Part shown: positions 11,936 through 21,988 of the stretch, piece after piece | How positions within the stretch are numbered: position 1 is the stretch's first letter | Layout of the letters: every line of letters begins with the position of its first letter | From: Caulobacteraceae bacterium | GTDB taxonomy: Bacteria > Pseudomonadota > Alphaproteobacteria > Caulobacterales > Caulobacteraceae | NCBI GenBank assembly: GCA_035524315.1 | Contig: DATKPD010000012.1 | Location: forward strand, 3,503-67,502 | Length of the DNA: 64,000 nt | Direction of reading: 5' to 3' | The notes under the pieces: model-generated | The model's input: the letters and a program-made list of their open reading frames with translations, nothing else | Databases searched by the model: none | Told to the model about the DNA's origin: nothing | Program-made: the position numbers and the translations under genes

Positions 11936-12721
11936 CTACTTCGGCGGCGGGACAAGCTTGATCTGATAGATCGCCGACCAAAGCTTGCCGGTGACGAACA
12001 GACGGTCGGTCTTGGCGTCGTAGGCGATGCCGTTCAGCACCTTGTCGGGATTGGTGTCGGCGTTGGCGCTGACCAAGGGCGCCAGATCGATCCAGCGCAC
12101 CACGTGGCCGGTCTTGGGGTCGATGCAGGCGATGCGGCTGGTCTGCCAGATATTGGCGTAGATCAGGCCCTTGACCCACTCGACCTCATTCAGTTCCTCC
12201 ACCGGCTGGCCGTCGTCGGTCACGTGGAGTGTGCCGATCTGCTTCAAGGTGTCGGGATCGAGGAAGCGGATATCGGCGGTGCCGTCGCTCATGATCAGGC
12301 GATGGTCGTCATGGGTCAGGGCCCAGCCCTCCCCCGGATAGCGGAAGGACGCTTTGGGGGCGAAGGTCGCCAGGTCGTAGACGAAGCCAATCTGCGAGCG
12401 CCAGGTCAGCTCGACCAGCTTGCCCTTCCACGCCACGATGCCTTCGCCGAAATAGGCCGGCGACAGGTCGCGTTGCTGCAGCACCTCGCCGGTGTCCAGC
12501 TTGACCTTGCGGATGTTGGACCGGCCCTCCAGCCCCGTGCTCTCGTAGAGATAACCGTCCAGGTAGAACAGCCCCTCGGTGAAGGCGCTGGGATCATGGG
12601 GATAGGTGCGCAGGACCTGGTAGCCGTAGACCGGCGCCGCGACGGCTGGGGCGAGGCTCGCCGCCGCGCTCAGCAAAACCGCCATGGCCGCCGTGGCTAC
12701 GGACCGAACACCACTCAACAT
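11936..12721 (-). CDS. glutaminyl-peptide cyclotransferase (bacterial/plant beta-propeller type), secreted
   Basis: 261 aa. N-terminal signal-like segment, then YPHDPSAFTEGLFYLDGYLYESTGLEGRS and WKGKLVELTWRS, typical of the glutamine cyclotransferase family. Confidence 0.8.
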   Translation of the reverse strand: MLSGVRSVATAAMAVLLSAAASLAPAVAAPVYGYQVLRTYPHDPSAFTEGLFYLDGYLYESTGLEGRSNIRKVKLDTGEVLQQRDLSPAYFGEGIVAWKGKLVELTWRSQIGFVYDLATFAPKASFRYPGEGWALTHDDHRLIMSDGTADIRFLDPDTLKQIGTLHVTDDGQPVEELNEVEWVKGLIYANIWQTSRIACIDPKTGHVVRWIDLAPLVSANADTNPDKVLNGIAYDAKTDRLFVTGKLWSAIYQIKLVPPPK

Positions 12722-12816
12722 GCCTGAAATCCCCGACCGTCAGGGCGCTTTCGCAAACGCCTTGCGCCCAGTCAACATGGGCGGTGTGGCGAGAACGGGG
12801 CCGCCGACAGCGCCGC

Positions 12817-13416
12817 TCAGTGCGCCTCGATCTCGGCCACCACCAAGCCCTTGGGCCCATCGGCGAACCGCACCATCACGTCTTCACCCGGTTGCAGGTC
12901 CTCCAGACCGGACCGACGCAGGGTCTCGATATGCACGAAGATGTCGCCCGGCTCATTGTCGCGCACCACGAAGCCGTAGCCCTTGGTTCGGTTGAACCAC
13001 TTGACCTTGACGTGTTCGAGCGGACCGCGCGGCGCGGGCGGGCGGCGGGGGCCACGCGAGATGTCGCGAGGCTCGCCATAGCCGCTCCGGTCGTCGCGGC
13101 GCGGCCCGCTGTCGGCGCGCGGACGTGCAATCGGCGCCGTCGCAGCGGAGTCGTCGAATTCATGGATGTCCGAAACCTGCCAGCCCTTGGCCCGTCGCAC
13201 AGCGTCGCACACGATCACGGCGCCCTCGGGTGCGGTTTCCCGGCCGGCCTGTCGCAAACTGGAAATGTGCAGCAGAACGTCCTTCAAACCGGTCTGACCC
13301 GGGTCATCGGGCACGATGAAGCCGTATCCCTTGCCAGGATCGAACCACTTGACCCGGCCGCTGATGCGCACCGACGTTTCGGCTGCGACATCGTCTTCAA
13401 AATGATAACTCGACAT
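12817..13416 (-). CDS. cold-shock-domain protein with two CSDs (CspC/CspD type)
   Basis: Two copies of the KWF(D/N)..KGYGF(I/V)V motif ([16 protein letters not shown]; [16 protein letters not shown]). ATG 13416 preferred over the track's TTG at 13437. Confidence 0.88.
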   Translation of the reverse strand: MSSYHFEDDVAAETSVRISGRVKWFDPGKGYGFIVPDDPGQTGLKDVLLHISSLRQAGRETAPEGAVIVCDAVRRAKGWQVSDIHEFDDSAATAPIARPRADSGPRRDDRSGYGEPRDISRGPRRPPAPRGPLEHVKVKWFNRTKGYGFVVRDNEPGDIFVHIETLRRSGLEDLQPGEDVMVRFADGPKGLVVAEIEAH

Positions 13417-13584
13417 AAGCCCCTTCCAACCACCCAAGGTTCTGGGCGGACCTCCCTTTTATGAACAGTGTTCTCCTAATTTCACACACGTCAACGGCTA
13501 TTTAGCCGAGAGACATTTCGCCGCATTGCGCGGGGCGAGTGAAATCGTTGGGGAGGTCGGCGCGTTCGCGCGCGGGCGTGGCGA

Positions 13585-13659
13585 TGGTAGTCCCTAGGGG
13601 AGTCGAACCCCTCTTCCCAGATTGAAAATCTGGTGTCCTAACCGATAGACGAAGGGACC
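13585..13659 (-). tRNA. tRNA-Glu (anticodon TTC)
   Basis: 75 nt. Acceptor GGTCCCT/AGGGACT (one G-T), anticodon arm CCAGA-TTTTCAA-TCTGG, T-loop GGTTCGACTCC, encoded CCA. Confidence 0.88.
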
Positions 13660-13729
13660 ACGGTCGCGAGGAAGGCGCATATATCCGCCTTGGAACGCCG
13701 GTGCAAGCCGGCTTTTGCGCGTGGGCGGA

Positions 13730-15544
13730 TCAAGCGGCCGCGCGCGGGTCGAACCCATCCTCGATCTCGAATTCCACGCCCTTGCGCCCGTTCCAGTCGT
13801 CGGCCTTGAGCCGCCCGGCCAGGCGCAGGCCGCCGCCGGCCGCCAGCAGACGCCGCCCCAGAGCCGTATCGCCCGCCCGCCACGCGACAGCCTTCAGCCG
13901 CTGGCCGGTCCCGCTCGACAGCAGGCAACGCACGTGTCCGCCGTTGAGCAGCCGGGGCTGCTCGACCGATACGTCGCTCAGGGCGAACATCGGCTCGGGA
14001 TTGCCAGGGCCGAACGGGGCCAAGCGCTGGAAATCCTCGTAAAGCGCGCGGTCGGCCGACGCCGGCGTGATCAGGGCGTCGACCTCGACCACGTCGGCCG
14101 CGGCCGCTGTCAGGCTTTCCGCCGCCAGGGCGTCGATGAGGAAGGCCTCGAAGCGCTCGACCGCATCGATCCTGACGGTCAGGCCGGCCGCCATGGCATG
14201 GCCGCCGCCGGCCAGCAGCAGGCCCTGTTCGAACGCCGCCTGCACGGCCCGGCCCAGATTGACGCCGGGCTGCGAGCGGCCCGAGCCCTTGCCCACGCCC
14301 AGGGCCGGATCCAAGCCGATCACGATCGTGGGCCGGCGATAACGTTCGCGCAGGCGGCCGGCCACGATGCCGATCACACCCGGATGCCAACCCTCGCCGC
14401 TGACCACGATGGCCGGCAGGTCGGCGGGGACGCCGCGCCGCTCGATCTGTTCCATCGCCAGGTCCGCCACCTGACGCTCGACCTCGCGGCGCGAGAGGTT
14501 GAGCGCATCCAGTTCCTCGGCCAGGGCGCGGGCTTCCTCGGGGTCATCGGTCGACAGCAGGCGCGCGCCCAGGTCCGAGCGGCCGATGCGGCCGCCGGCG
14601 TTGATCCGAGGGCCCAGGATGAAGCCCGTCTGGAACACGCTGGGGGCGCCGTCGGCCTTGGCCGCCGCCATCAGCGCCTTCAGCCCCGGGTTTCGCCAGG
14701 CGCCCATGACCTTCAGCCCCTGGGCCGCCAGGGCGCGGTTGAAACCGGTCAGGCGCGTCACGTCGCAGATCGCGCCCAGCGCCGCCAGGTCCAGCCATTC
14801 GCGCAGGTCCGGCTCGGCGCGCGCGGCGAACAGGCCCCGGCGGCGAGCCTCGCGGTTGAGGGCCGCCAGCAGCACGAACGCCACCCCGGCCGCCGCCAGC
14901 ACTCCCTGCCCCGAATTGCAGCCCGGCCGATTGGGGTTGACCACGGCGGCCGCGGCCGGCGGATCCTGGCGCATCAGGTGATGGTCGATCACCACCACCT
15001 CCAGGCCGATCTCGGCCGCCGCCGCGATCGCCTCGTAGGCCGCCGCGCCGCAGTCGACCGTCACCACCAGTTCGGCGCCCTGCTCGCGCAGCCGGCGGAA
15101 GGCGGCGGGGCTCGGTCCGTAGCCCTCGGCGATGCGGTCGGGCACGTAGATCGGCAGGTCCTTGCCCATGGCGCGGAACCACCGCACCAGCAGGGCCGCG
15201 CTGGAGGCGCCATCGACATCGTAGTCGGCGAACACCGTCACCGGACGGTCGGCCTCGAGCGCGTCGATCAACAGCTCGGCGGCCCGGTCCATGTCGAGGA
15301 ACGAGGACGGATCGGGAAACAGCGCCTTGAGCGTGGGGTTGAGGAAGGCGTCGGCCATGTCCTCGCCCACGCCCCGCGCGGCCAGGGCGCGCGCCAGGGG
15401 CTCGGGCAGGGCGTGACGGCGCATATGGCCGCGCACCACGGCCTGGGCGGCCGGCCGCTCGATCCAGGCGCGGCCCGACAGAGACCGCGCCACGCCCAGG
15501 AAGGACGGGCCCGCGCCGACCAGGCCGGCCTGGCCGTCGTCCAT
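13730..15544 (-). CDS. recJ: single-stranded-DNA-specific exonuclease RecJ
   Basis: 604 aa. DHH-family motifs (VFADYDVDG, VTVDCG, VVIDHH) and a DHHA1-like GGGHAMAAG. Confidence 0.95.
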   Translation of the reverse strand: MDDGQAGLVGAGPSFLGVARSLSGRAWIERPAAQAVVRGHMRRHALPEPLARALAARGVGEDMADAFLNPTLKALFPDPSSFLDMDRAAELLIDALEADRPVTVFADYDVDGASSAALLVRWFRAMGKDLPIYVPDRIAEGYGPSPAAFRRLREQGAELVVTVDCGAAAYEAIAAAAEIGLEVVVIDHHLMRQDPPAAAAVVNPNRPGCNSGQGVLAAAGVAFVLLAALNREARRRGLFAARAEPDLREWLDLAALGAICDVTRLTGFNRALAAQGLKVMGAWRNPGLKALMAAAKADGAPSVFQTGFILGPRINAGGRIGRSDLGARLLSTDDPEEARALAEELDALNLSRREVERQVADLAMEQIERRGVPADLPAIVVSGEGWHPGVIGIVAGRLRERYRRPTIVIGLDPALGVGKGSGRSQPGVNLGRAVQAAFEQGLLLAGGGHAMAAGLTVRIDAVERFEAFLIDALAAESLTAAAADVVEVDALITPASADRALYEDFQRLAPFGPGNPEPMFALSDVSVEQPRLLNGGHVRCLLSSGTGQRLKAVAWRAGDTALGRRLLAAGGGLRLAGRLKADDWNGRKGVEFEIEDGFDPRAAA

Positions 15545-15546
15545 GG

Positions 15547-16500
15547 CTAGATCGGACGCTTGTTGCGCACTTCGCGCACCATGCGGGTGGAGGAGTGCAT
15601 GACCAGGGTGTGGGTCTTGATCAGACCGTTCTCGATCCGCACCCCGTCAAGCAAGGCGCCCTTGGTCACGCCCGTGGCGGCGAAGATGGCGTCGCCCTTG
15701 ACGATCTCGTGCAGGTCGTACTTGCGGTCCAAGTCCTTGATACCCCAGCGCGCGGCGCGGGCGCGCTCGTCGGCGTTACGGAACACCAGCCGGCCCTGGA
15801 ACTGGCCGCCGACGCACTTGAGCGCCGCGCAGGCCAGCACGCCCTCGGGGGCGCCGCCCTGGCCGATGTAGAGGTCCACGCCCGTCTCCGGATCGGTGGT
15901 GTTGATCACGCCGGCCACGTCGCCGTCGGTGATCAGATAGACCCTCACGCCCACCGAACGCAGGCTGGCGATGATCTCGGCGTGACGGGGACGGTCCAGC
16001 ACGCAGGCGGTTATCTCCTCGGGCTTGACGCCCTTGGCGCCGGCCAGGGCCAGGGCGTTTTCCGCCGGCGTCTTGTCCAGGTCGATCAGCCCGGCGGGAT
16101 AGCCCGGCCCGATGGCGATCTTGTCCATATAGGTGTCGGGCGCGTTGAGCATGCCGCCGTGGGGGGCCCAGGCCATCACCGCCAGGGAGTTGGCCATGGC
16201 CTTGGCCGCCAGGGTCGTGCCTTCCAGGGGATCGACAGCGATGTCGATCTTGGGGCCCTTGCCCTTGCCCAGCGCCTCGCCGATGAACAGCATCGGCGCC
16301 TCGTCCCGCTCGCCCTCGCCGATCACGATCCGGCCCTGGATCTCAAGGGTGTTGAGGGTGTCGCGCATGGACTCGACGGCGGCCCGGTCGGCCTCCTTCT
16401 CGTCCCCACGCCCGACCATGCCCCATGAGGCGATCGCCGCCGCCTCGGTGACTTGAACGGCCGAGAGGACCATATGGGCGGGCAGTTCCGTGTCACTCAT
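15547..16500 (-). CDS. glpX: fructose-1,6-bisphosphatase class II
   Basis: 317 aa. GRGDEKEADRAAV, DPLEGT and GGAPEGV motifs of GlpX-type FBPase. Confidence 0.93.
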   Translation of the reverse strand: MSDTELPAHMVLSAVQVTEAAAIASWGMVGRGDEKEADRAAVESMRDTLNTLEIQGRIVIGEGERDEAPMLFIGEALGKGKGPKIDIAVDPLEGTTLAAKAMANSLAVMAWAPHGGMLNAPDTYMDKIAIGPGYPAGLIDLDKTPAENALALAGAKGVKPEEITACVLDRPRHAEIIASLRSVGVRVYLITDGDVAGVINTTDPETGVDLYIGQGGAPEGVLACAALKCVGGQFQGRLVFRNADERARAARWGIKDLDRKYDLHEIVKGDAIFAATGVTKGALLDGVRIENGLIKTHTLVMHSSTRMVREVRNKRPI

Positions 16501-16560
16501 GGGACTCTCCTAGAGACGCATTCAGGCGGTTTCGACCGGGCGGAAATTATCTGAGGATTC

Positions 16561-17850
16561 TCAGATACGTGCGATTCGTATCATGCGGGGCGGCTGGATT
16601 ACGGCGGGCAAGTCGCCAATGCGCCTCACCGCGTTCAACAATACCGCTTCGGGCGCCGCGTGGGTGGTCAGGACGATGGGCACGCCCTCGCCCTCATGCG
16701 CCGATTTCTGCAGGAAGCTATCGATCGACACCCGCTCCTCGGCCAGGGTTTCGGATATGGCGGCGATCACGCCGGGCTCATCGCGCACCTGCATGCGCAG
16801 ATAGGCCCGGCCCTGGCGCTCGGCCGCCGCGACGGGCGGAAGTCGAAGCAAGTCCTCGGCCGGCGCCTGGAAGACCGGACGTTGCGCGCCCGCCATCACA
16901 TCGGCGATGTCGGCGGCGACAGCGGCCGCGGTCGGCCCCGCGCCCGCGCCGCGGCCCTGAACGAACATGCGCCCAACTCGCTGCCCCTCGATGAACAGGG
17001 CGTTGAGCGAGCCGGCGGTCTGGGCCAGCGGATGATCGAGCGGGGTCAGCGCCGGATGCACCCGCACCGACACGCCCGCCGCGCTGCGCTCGGCCGAGGC
17101 CACCAGCTTGATGCGATAGCCCAGGTCGCGCGCCAGCCGGATATCGACCAGCTCGATCTGGTCCAGGCCCTCGATCTCGGCGCTGGCGTAGTCGGGCGCG
17201 CAATTGAAGGCCAGGGCCGAAAGGATGACGATCTTGTGGGCCGCGTCGAAGCCGCCGATGTCCATGGTCGGGTCGGCCTCGGCGTAGCCCAGGCGCTGGG
17301 CGTCCGACAGCACGTCGCCGAACGACCGGCCCGAGGTCTCCATCTCGGTCAAGATGTAGTTGCAGGTGCCGTTGAGAATGCCGGCCACGCTGATGATGTC
17401 GTCGCCCACGAGGGCTTCGCGCACCACCTTGACCGCCGGCGTCCCGCCCATGACCGCCGCCTCGAACAGGAGGGGCGCGCCCTTGGCCTCGGCCAGGGCG
17501 GCCAACTCCGCGCCGTGCTCGGCGACCAGGGCCTTGTTGGCCGTGACCACCGGCTTGCCCAGGGCCAGCGCCGCCTCGACCGCCGCCTTGGCCGGTCCAT
17601 CCGAGCCGCCGACCAGCTCGACGAAGATGTCGTTGTCGGGGGAAACCGCCAGAGCCACAGGGTCGTCGAACCAGCTGAGGGCCGAAATGTCCACCTCGCG
17701 CTTGCGCGAACGCGAGCGGGCCGACACGCCGGTCACCACCGCGCGTCCGCCGGCCGGGGCGAAGTTCGGCCGGTCGGCCAGGAACTTGAGCAGCCCCCCG
17801 CCGACCGTTCCCAGCCCCGCCACGCCGATACGCCAGACTTTTTCGCTCAT
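16561..17850 (-). CDS. hom: homoserine dehydrogenase
   Basis: Met287 of track ORF 16561..18708 (MSEKVWRIGVAGLGTVGGG). NAD-binding fold, catalytic domain and C-terminal ACT domain. 429 aa. Confidence 0.93.
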   Translation of the reverse strand: MSEKVWRIGVAGLGTVGGGLLKFLADRPNFAPAGGRAVVTGVSARSRSRKREVDISALSWFDDPVALAVSPDNDIFVELVGGSDGPAKAAVEAALALGKPVVTANKALVAEHGAELAALAEAKGAPLLFEAAVMGGTPAVKVVREALVGDDIISVAGILNGTCNYILTEMETSGRSFGDVLSDAQRLGYAEADPTMDIGGFDAAHKIVILSALAFNCAPDYASAEIEGLDQIELVDIRLARDLGYRIKLVASAERSAAGVSVRVHPALTPLDHPLAQTAGSLNALFIEGQRVGRMFVQGRGAGAGPTAAAVAADIADVMAGAQRPVFQAPAEDLLRLPPVAAAERQGRAYLRMQVRDEPGVIAAISETLAEERVSIDSFLQKSAHEGEGVPIVLTTHAAPEAVLLNAVRRIGDLPAVIQPPRMIRIARI

Positions 17851-17852
17851 CG

Positions 17853-19070
17853 CTACACGGCCGCTTGATTGTGGTGGCGGGCGAGGATCTCGTCCGCGTT
17901 GGCCAGGAACTTGCGCACGTTGCGCGCGGCCTGGCGAATGCGGTGTTCGTTCTCGACCAGGCCCACGCGCACATAGCCTTCGCCGTACTCGCCGAAGCCC
18001 ACGCCCGGCGCCACGGCCACGCCGGCTTCCTCGACCAGAAGCTTGGAGAACAGCATAGAGCCGGCGGCCTTGAACTGGTCGGGCACCGGCGCCCAGGCGA
18101 ACATCGAGGCCGGCGGCGCGGGAATGTCCCACCCGGCCTGGGCCATGGATTTGACCAGGGTGTCCCGGCGCGACTTGTAGATGCCGCGGATCTCGTCGAC
18201 GCAGTCCTGCGGGCCGTTCAAGGCCGTCGCGGCGGCCACCTGAATCGGCGTGAAGGCGCCGTAGTCGAGGTAGGACTTCACCCGCGCCAGGGCTGCGCAC
18301 AGCTTGTCGTTGCCCACCACCATGCCCACGCGCCAGCCCGCCATGGCGTAGGTCTTGGACAGGGAGTTGATCTCGACGGCCACATCCTTGGCCCCATCGA
18401 CCTGCAGGATCGAGGGCGGCGGGTTGTTTTCGAAGTAGATCTCCGAATAGGCGACATCCGACAGCACGATCAGGTCGTGCTTCTTGGCCAGGGCCACCAC
18501 GTCCTTGTAGAAATCCAGGTCGACCCACTGGGCGGTGGGATTGGACGGATAGCTGACGATCACCGCGATCGGCGGCGGCACCGAGTTGTGCACCGCGCGG
18601 CTGATGCCCGACAGATACTGCTCGGGCGACAGGGCGGGCACATGGCGGATCACCCCGCCGGCCATGATGAAGCCGTAGGCGTGGATCGGATAGGCCGGGT
18701 TGGGGCAAATCACCACGTCGCCGGGCGCCGTGATCGCTTGAGCCAGGTTGGCGAAGCCCTCCTTGGAACCCAGGGTGGCGATCACCTCGGTGTCGGGGTT
18801 CAGCTTCACCCCAAAGCGGTAGTTGTAATAATTGGCCATGGCCCGGCGCAGGCCCGGGATGCCCTTGGACGCCGAGTAGCGGTTGGTCTTGGCCCGGTTG
18901 ACCGTCTCGATCAGCTTGTCGGAGATGTGCTGCGGGGTGGGCATGTCGGGGTTGCCCATGCCGAAGTCGATGATGTCCACCCCGTCGGCGCGCAGGCGCG
19001 CCTTGATGCGGTTGACCTCTTCGAAGATGTACGGCGGCAGGCGCCGGATGCGGTAAAAATCTGTATTCAT
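17853..19070 (-). CDS. PLP-dependent aminotransferase class I/II (AlaC/LL-DAP-aminotransferase-like)
   Basis: MNTDFYRIRRLPPYIFEEVN N-terminus, SASKGIPGLR and SLSKTYAMAGWRVG (PLP-Lys) motifs. ATG 19070 preferred over TTG 19088. Confidence 0.88.
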   Translation of the reverse strand: MNTDFYRIRRLPPYIFEEVNRIKARLRADGVDIIDFGMGNPDMPTPQHISDKLIETVNRAKTNRYSASKGIPGLRRAMANYYNYRFGVKLNPDTEVIATLGSKEGFANLAQAITAPGDVVICPNPAYPIHAYGFIMAGGVIRHVPALSPEQYLSGISRAVHNSVPPPIAVIVSYPSNPTAQWVDLDFYKDVVALAKKHDLIVLSDVAYSEIYFENNPPPSILQVDGAKDVAVEINSLSKTYAMAGWRVGMVVGNDKLCAALARVKSYLDYGAFTPIQVAAATALNGPQDCVDEIRGIYKSRRDTLVKSMAQAGWDIPAPPASMFAWAPVPDQFKAAGSMLFSKLLVEEAGVAVAPGVGFGEYGEGYVRVGLVENEHRIRQAARNVRKFLANADEILARHHNQAAV

Positions 19071-19171
19071 TGGCCTGTCGGTCCTCAAAGACCGCTCAAG
19101 AGGGCTGGATAGCCTGGATAGACTGCGTTCACGACAGCTCCAAGCGCGCGAATGGAATGCGCCTTCGCCGC

Positions 19172-19603
19172 CTATTGGGACGGCGAAGGCGGAATAGCTC
19201 GATTGCGCTGGGCCTTGGCGTAGTCCTCGCCTTGGGCGGCGGGGGCGGGCGGCGCGGGCGGCGGAACCGCCTTTTCCCGGTTGGCCTTGGCGAAGCCTTC
19301 GGTGTCGAACAGGGTCTGCGGATAGAGCGCCGCCAACGCCCGCTGCTGCCGGCGCAGGTTCAGGGTGTCATAGGTGTTGTTCGACCAGGCCGAGCCGGGT
19401 CGGATGTCGGCCGGCGGGGTCGCCGGAACGTCGACGAACTTGGGATAGGCGCCGGTCGCGGCGCTGGCGGCGGCGATGTCCTTGGCCAGCGGCGAGGTCA
19501 GGGCCACCGGCGGCGGCTGGAACACGAGGCGCGTGGGGTCGACGCAGCCGCCGAGGCTGATAAAGGCCAGGCCGAACGCGCAGGCCGGCGCCAGCGCGGA
19601 CAT
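19172..19603 (-). CDS. lipoprotein of unknown function
   Basis: Met53 of the track ORF: MSALAPACAFGLAFISLGGC gives a signal peptide plus lipobox. Pro/Ala-rich C-terminus. Confidence 0.6.
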   Translation of the reverse strand: MSALAPACAFGLAFISLGGCVDPTRLVFQPPPVALTSPLAKDIAAASAATGAYPKFVDVPATPPADIRPGSAWSNNTYDTLNLRRQQRALAALYPQTLFDTEGFAKANREKAVPPPAPPAPAAQGEDYAKAQRNRAIPPSPSQ

Positions 19604-19747
19604 CGCCCGCACCCTCCTGCCTTGCGTTCCGGAAATCCTGGCCGTCGTCAAAATCGCCGCCTGTAGCCCGTTCAAATCGTGCTTCGTCTTATGCGATGAT
19701 GGCGTAAAGCGAAAGGGTGGCCCGCTGGGCCTGGCAAAGGGCGATCG

Positions 19748-21841
19748 ATGGCTGACCACGCGGCGAAGACCAAGAGCAAGGCCAAGACGAAAGGCAAGCC
19801 CGGCAAGACGCCCAAGCCCGCAAAGGCCGCCAAGGTGGAAGCCGCCCCCGCGCCGCCCGAGCCCGCCCCCATGCCGGTCCTCAAGCCGCCCGCGCTGAAG
19901 GCGGTCAAGCCCTCCGCCCCTCGCCCGCCCGCCGCCGCCAAGGCGCCCGAAGTCTCAGCGCCCGACGTTAAGCCGGCGGCGATTGTGCCCGAGGCGCCCA
20001 AATCCAAGCCGGCGGACAGCAAGCCGGAGCCCAAGCCGCCCGAGGAGATCAGCGCCCTGCTGACCCCGTCCAATGTCGCGGCCATGGAGCGTCTGTCGGC
20101 CAATCTGGCCAAGGCGGCCTTGACGGCGCAAGGCGCATTGACCGGCGCGGCCCTGCGCCAGGCTGAAAGCCCGACTGCGCCCAACCCCGATCCGTTCAAC
20201 GCCGCGCCTGCCATGACCGAGGTGATCGGCAAGCTGGCGATTGAGCCCGAGCGCCTGCTCAAGGCTCAGACCGAACTGCTCTCGCGTTACCTGGAGCTAT
20301 GGCAATCGGCGGCCAAGCGGCTGGCCGACGGCGAGATTTCGGCGCCGATCGTGCGCCCGGCCCCCGGCGACCGGCGTTTCAACGACGCGGACTGGGACAA
20401 CAATCCCCTGTTCGACATCATCAAGCAGTCCTACCTGCTATCGGCTAACTGGATCAACGACCTGGTCGGCCAGGTGCAGGACGTCGATCCCCAGACCAAG
20501 CGGCGGGCGGAATTCTTCACCAAGTTCATGACCGACGCCATGGCGCCGTCGAACTTCCTGATGAGCAACCCGGCCGCCCTGCGCGAGGCGGTGCAGACGG
20601 GCGGCGAGAGCCTGCTGCGCGGGGCCGAGCAGTTCGCCGCCGACCTGGAGCGCGGCGATGGCGCCCTGCACATCAGCCAGACCGACACCACCAAGTTCGA
20701 GGTGGGCCGCAACGTCGCCTCCACGCCCGGCAAGGTGGTGTTCCAGAACGAGCTGATCCAGTTGCTGCAGTTCACACCGACCACCGATCAGGTGCGCGAG
20801 ACGCCGCTGCTGATCTTCCCGCCGTGGATCAACAAGTACTACATCCTCGATCTGCGGCCGGATAACTCCATGATCCGCTGGCTGACCGAGCAGGGCTTCA
20901 CCGTATTCGTGGTGTCGTGGGTCAACCCCGAGCCCAGCCTCGCCACGCGCACCTTCGAGGACTACATCCTGGACGCCGCCTATCCGGCGATCGACGCAGC
21001 GCTGAAGCAGTCTGGGGCCAAGCAGGTCAACACCGTTGGCTACTGCATCGCCGGCACCATGCTGTCGTGCCTATTGGCCCACATGGCCGCCAAGGGCGAT
21101 CAGCGCGTGGCCTCGGCCACCTTCTTCGCCGCCCAGCAGGACTTCTCCGAGGCGGGCGACCTGACCCTGTTCACCGACGAGGACTGGCTGCGGGTGATCG
21201 AGGTGCGCATGGACGAGGCCGGCGGCGTGCTGCCCGGCAAGGTCATGTCCGACACCTTCAACATACTGCGGCCCAACGACCTGATCTGGTCGTTCTTTGT
21301 CGGCAATTACCTGATGGGCAAGGAGCCGCGGCCCTTCGACTTGCTGTTCTGGAACTCCGATCAGACGCGCATGCCCAAGGCGCTGCATCTGTTCTATCTG
21401 CGCCAATTCTATCAGAACAACGCCCTGGCCAAAGGGGCGCTGGAGTTGGACGGCCAGACCCTCGACCTCGGCAAGGTGCAGACCCCGATCTACGCCCAGT
21501 CGAGCAAGGAGGACCACATCGCGCCCTTCCGCTCGGTCTATCGCGGCGCCAGCCTGTTTGGCGGACCCAAGACCTTCGTGCTGGCCGGCTCGGGCCACAT
21601 CGCCGGGGTGATCAACCACCCCGCCGCCGGCAAGTACCAGCACTGGACCCATCCGGGCATGGAAGACTCGATCGACGCCTGGCTCGACAAGGCCCAGATG
21701 CACCCCGGTTCATGGTGGCCGCACTGGGCGGCGTGGCTGGGCGAACGCTCGGGCGAGATGGTCCCGGCGCGCGACCCGGCCAAAGGCCCGCTTAAGCCGA
21801 TCGAGGACGCGCCGGGCAGCTATGTGCGGGTGAAGAGCTAA
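19748..21841 (+). CDS. phaC: class I poly(3-hydroxyalkanoate) synthase with a ~110-aa Lys/Pro/Ala-rich N-terminal extension
   Basis: 697 aa. DRRFNDADW, PPWINKYYILDL and lipase-box GYCIAGT motifs. High GC3 persists through the extension. Confidence 0.92.
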   Translation: MADHAAKTKSKAKTKGKPGKTPKPAKAAKVEAAPAPPEPAPMPVLKPPALKAVKPSAPRPPAAAKAPEVSAPDVKPAAIVPEAPKSKPADSKPEPKPPEEISALLTPSNVAAMERLSANLAKAALTAQGALTGAALRQAESPTAPNPDPFNAAPAMTEVIGKLAIEPERLLKAQTELLSRYLELWQSAAKRLADGEISAPIVRPAPGDRRFNDADWDNNPLFDIIKQSYLLSANWINDLVGQVQDVDPQTKRRAEFFTKFMTDAMAPSNFLMSNPAALREAVQTGGESLLRGAEQFAADLERGDGALHISQTDTTKFEVGRNVASTPGKVVFQNELIQLLQFTPTTDQVRETPLLIFPPWINKYYILDLRPDNSMIRWLTEQGFTVFVVSWVNPEPSLATRTFEDYILDAAYPAIDAALKQSGAKQVNTVGYCIAGTMLSCLLAHMAAKGDQRVASATFFAAQQDFSEAGDLTLFTDEDWLRVIEVRMDEAGGVLPGKVMSDTFNILRPNDLIWSFFVGNYLMGKEPRPFDLLFWNSDQTRMPKALHLFYLRQFYQNNALAKGALELDGQTLDLGKVQTPIYAQSSKEDHIAPFRSVYRGASLFGGPKTFVLAGSGHIAGVINHPAAGKYQHWTHPGMEDSIDAWLDKAQMHPGSWWPHWAAWLGERSGEMVPARDPAKGPLKPIEDAPGSYVRVKS

Positions 21842-21908
21842 CCGCTCTGCGCTCATCCCGGCCAAGGCCGGGACCCAGATCACGACGCGCGACGTTCGCG
21901 AGGCGTAG

Positions 21909-21945
21909 AAAAAAGAAAAGGCGCCAAGGTTTGCACCCTGGCGCC
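21909..21945 (-). terminator. Rho-independent terminator downstream of rpsI
   Basis: Minus-strand GGCGCCAGGG-TGCAAA-CCTTGGCGCC followed by TTTTCTTTTTTC, about 45 nt after the rpsI stop. Confidence 0.8.
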
Positions 21946-21988
21946 CTTTGATCTGGATCGCGGTTTTCGCCGGGTCCAGCCGCTGAAA

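Noticed and set aside
13715-15550. 611-aa plus-strand ORF
   Set aside because: It is exactly antisense to recJ, which has clear DHH/DHHA1 motifs. The product is Arg/Gly/Ala/His/Pro-rich low-complexity sequence with no recognisable domain. In ~67% GC DNA the antisense frames of real genes rarely contain stops.
16561-18708. 715-aa ORF suggesting a giant Hom fusion. Similar N-terminal over-extensions occur in the track for nuoD, nuoC, nuoA, rpsI, rplM, ctaA, thiL, hemA, hemB, pdxJ, pyrE, rpoZ and smpB.
   Set aside because: The extra N-terminal parts run out of frame through the upstream gene and are Arg/Pro/Gly-rich. Conserved protein N-termini, 4-nt stop/start overlaps and SD sequences support the internal starts given in the feature list.
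21856-21873. GC-rich hairpin TCCCGGCCAAGGCCGGGA just after the phaC stop, resembling dispersed CCCGGC..GCCGGG repeat hairpins of alphaproteobacteria
   Set aside because: It is a single copy in this window with no T-run. It may help terminate phaC, but I cannot show it is a repeat-family member or a terminator from this sequence alone.
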